Origin: an uncultured Actinomycetes bacterium | Lineage (GTDB): Bacteria; Actinomycetota; UBA4738; HRBIN12 | Direction: 5' to 3' | DNA length: 64,000 bases | NCBI GenBank assembly: GCA_963710985.1 | Contig: CAVQCI010000001.1 | Coordinates: forward strand, 193,602-257,601 | The notes under the pieces: generated by a model | What the model was told of the DNA's origin: nothing | What the model saw: the letters and a program-made list of their open reading frames with translations, nothing else | Database searches by the model: none | Translations under genes and position numbers: made by a program | Shown here: piece by piece, positions 63,191 to 64,000 of the stretch | Layout of the letters: each line of letters opens with the position of its first letter | Numbering within the stretch: position 1 is the stretch's first letter

Positions 63191-64000
63191 GGAAGCGCGC
63201 GAGCGCCGCCTCCGAAGCCCGCTCGACCTGTCGCAGCTCCTCCACGAGCGGCGGAAGGGCCTCCAGGAACGCGTCCACGTCGGCCTCGCTGGTGCCCGGC
63301 CCCGATCCCGATCCGGAACCCTGAGGTCACCGGGGCGCCGATCCGCTCCAGGACGGGGGACGCGTCCTCGGGGCGTCCGCTGCACATCGAGCCCGACGAG
63401 AGCTGGAAGCCGCGGTCGTCCAGGGCCATCGTCAGCGTGGCCGGGTCGAGCCCTTCGACCGTGAAGCAGACGAGGTGCGGGGTCCGGTGGGTCGGATGGC
63501 CGAGGACCGCGGCCCCGGGCACCGTCGTCTCGATCCGTTCGCGCAGCCGGGCGGTGAGCGACCACTGCCGCGCCGCCTCGTCCGCCATCGTGGTGAGCGA
63601 CACCCGCAGCGCGGCCGCCATCCCCGCGATCCCGGGGGTGTTCTCCATCCCCGCCCGGCGCTTGCGTTCTCGGTCGTCGCCGCACGGGTAGGCGGCGATC
63701 CCGACCCCGCGGCGGACGTAGAGCGCGCCGACGCCGGGTGGACCGCCGAACTTGTGTCCCGACAGCGACAGCAGGTCGACCCCGAGCGCGTCGACGTCGA
63801 CCGGGAGGCGCCCGACGGTCTGGCACGCGTCGGTGTGGAACCGCACGCCGGCCTCCCGCGCGAGCCGCGCGGCCTCGCCGATCTGCTGCATCGTCCCGAG
63901 CTCGTGGTTCGCGTGCTGCACGCTCGCGAGCAGGGTGCCCGGGACGCGGATCTCGTAGGCGTAGACGTCGAGGTCCACCCGCCCGTAGGCGTCGGTGGGG
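63167..64000 (-). pseudogene. cysteine desulfurase (NifS/IscS-like), partial at the right edge, at least 1 frame break
   Basis: ORF 63034..63978(-) body: ..[58 protein letters not shown]. The C-terminal [20 protein letters not shown] lies in another frame (ORF 62748..63278), with the break near 63295. The true stop is uncertain; the TAG at 63167 is my best guess. The N-terminus lies beyond 64000. Confidence 0.7.

Overview
This is a 64-kb chromosomal window from a very GC-rich genome (about 70% GC or more by eye) that looks like Actinomycetota. Supporting signs are a mycothiol-type DinB/MDMPI gene, the DUF164 / RNase H / rnpB synteny, a suf operon containing a Rieske gene, many GTG/TTG starts, and many 4-nt start/stop overlaps.

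I can support about 65 protein genes, one ncRNA (RNase P RNA), several perfect GC hairpins at convergent gene ends, and a few candidate operators. I saw no tRNA, rRNA, CRISPR array, transposase, integrase or recognisable defence gene.

Gene content by theme:
- Lipoate-dependent metabolism: lipA, an orphan E1 alpha/beta pair, lipB-E2-E1beta-E1alpha-lpdA, and gcvT.
- A copper module (YHS-csoR-copA) sits inside that block.
- Fe-S biogenesis: sufT, a rhodanese, sufB-sufD-Rieske-sufC-sufS-sufU, erpA, and a NifS-like gene.
- Redox and central metabolism: pntAA-pntAB-pntB, malic enzyme, korAB and metH.

The strongest signal not explained by gene content is a very uneven distribution of +/-1 frame breaks in conserved genes. 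There are about 9 breaks in 16.8-19.2 kb and about 35 in 53.0-63.3 kb, against about 5 in the rest of the window. I think this is most likely a sequencing or assembly problem, but it needs checking.

I did not find a convincing new multi-gene system. The best follow-up candidates are:
- an orphan Flp pilin gene missing from the ORF track;
- a shared 9-5-9 palindromic motif upstream of sufB and erpA, with a half-site upstream of the rhodanese;
- a Cys-rich mini-ORF in the rhodanese leader;
- the YHS/CsoR/CopA module with two operator-like palindromes.
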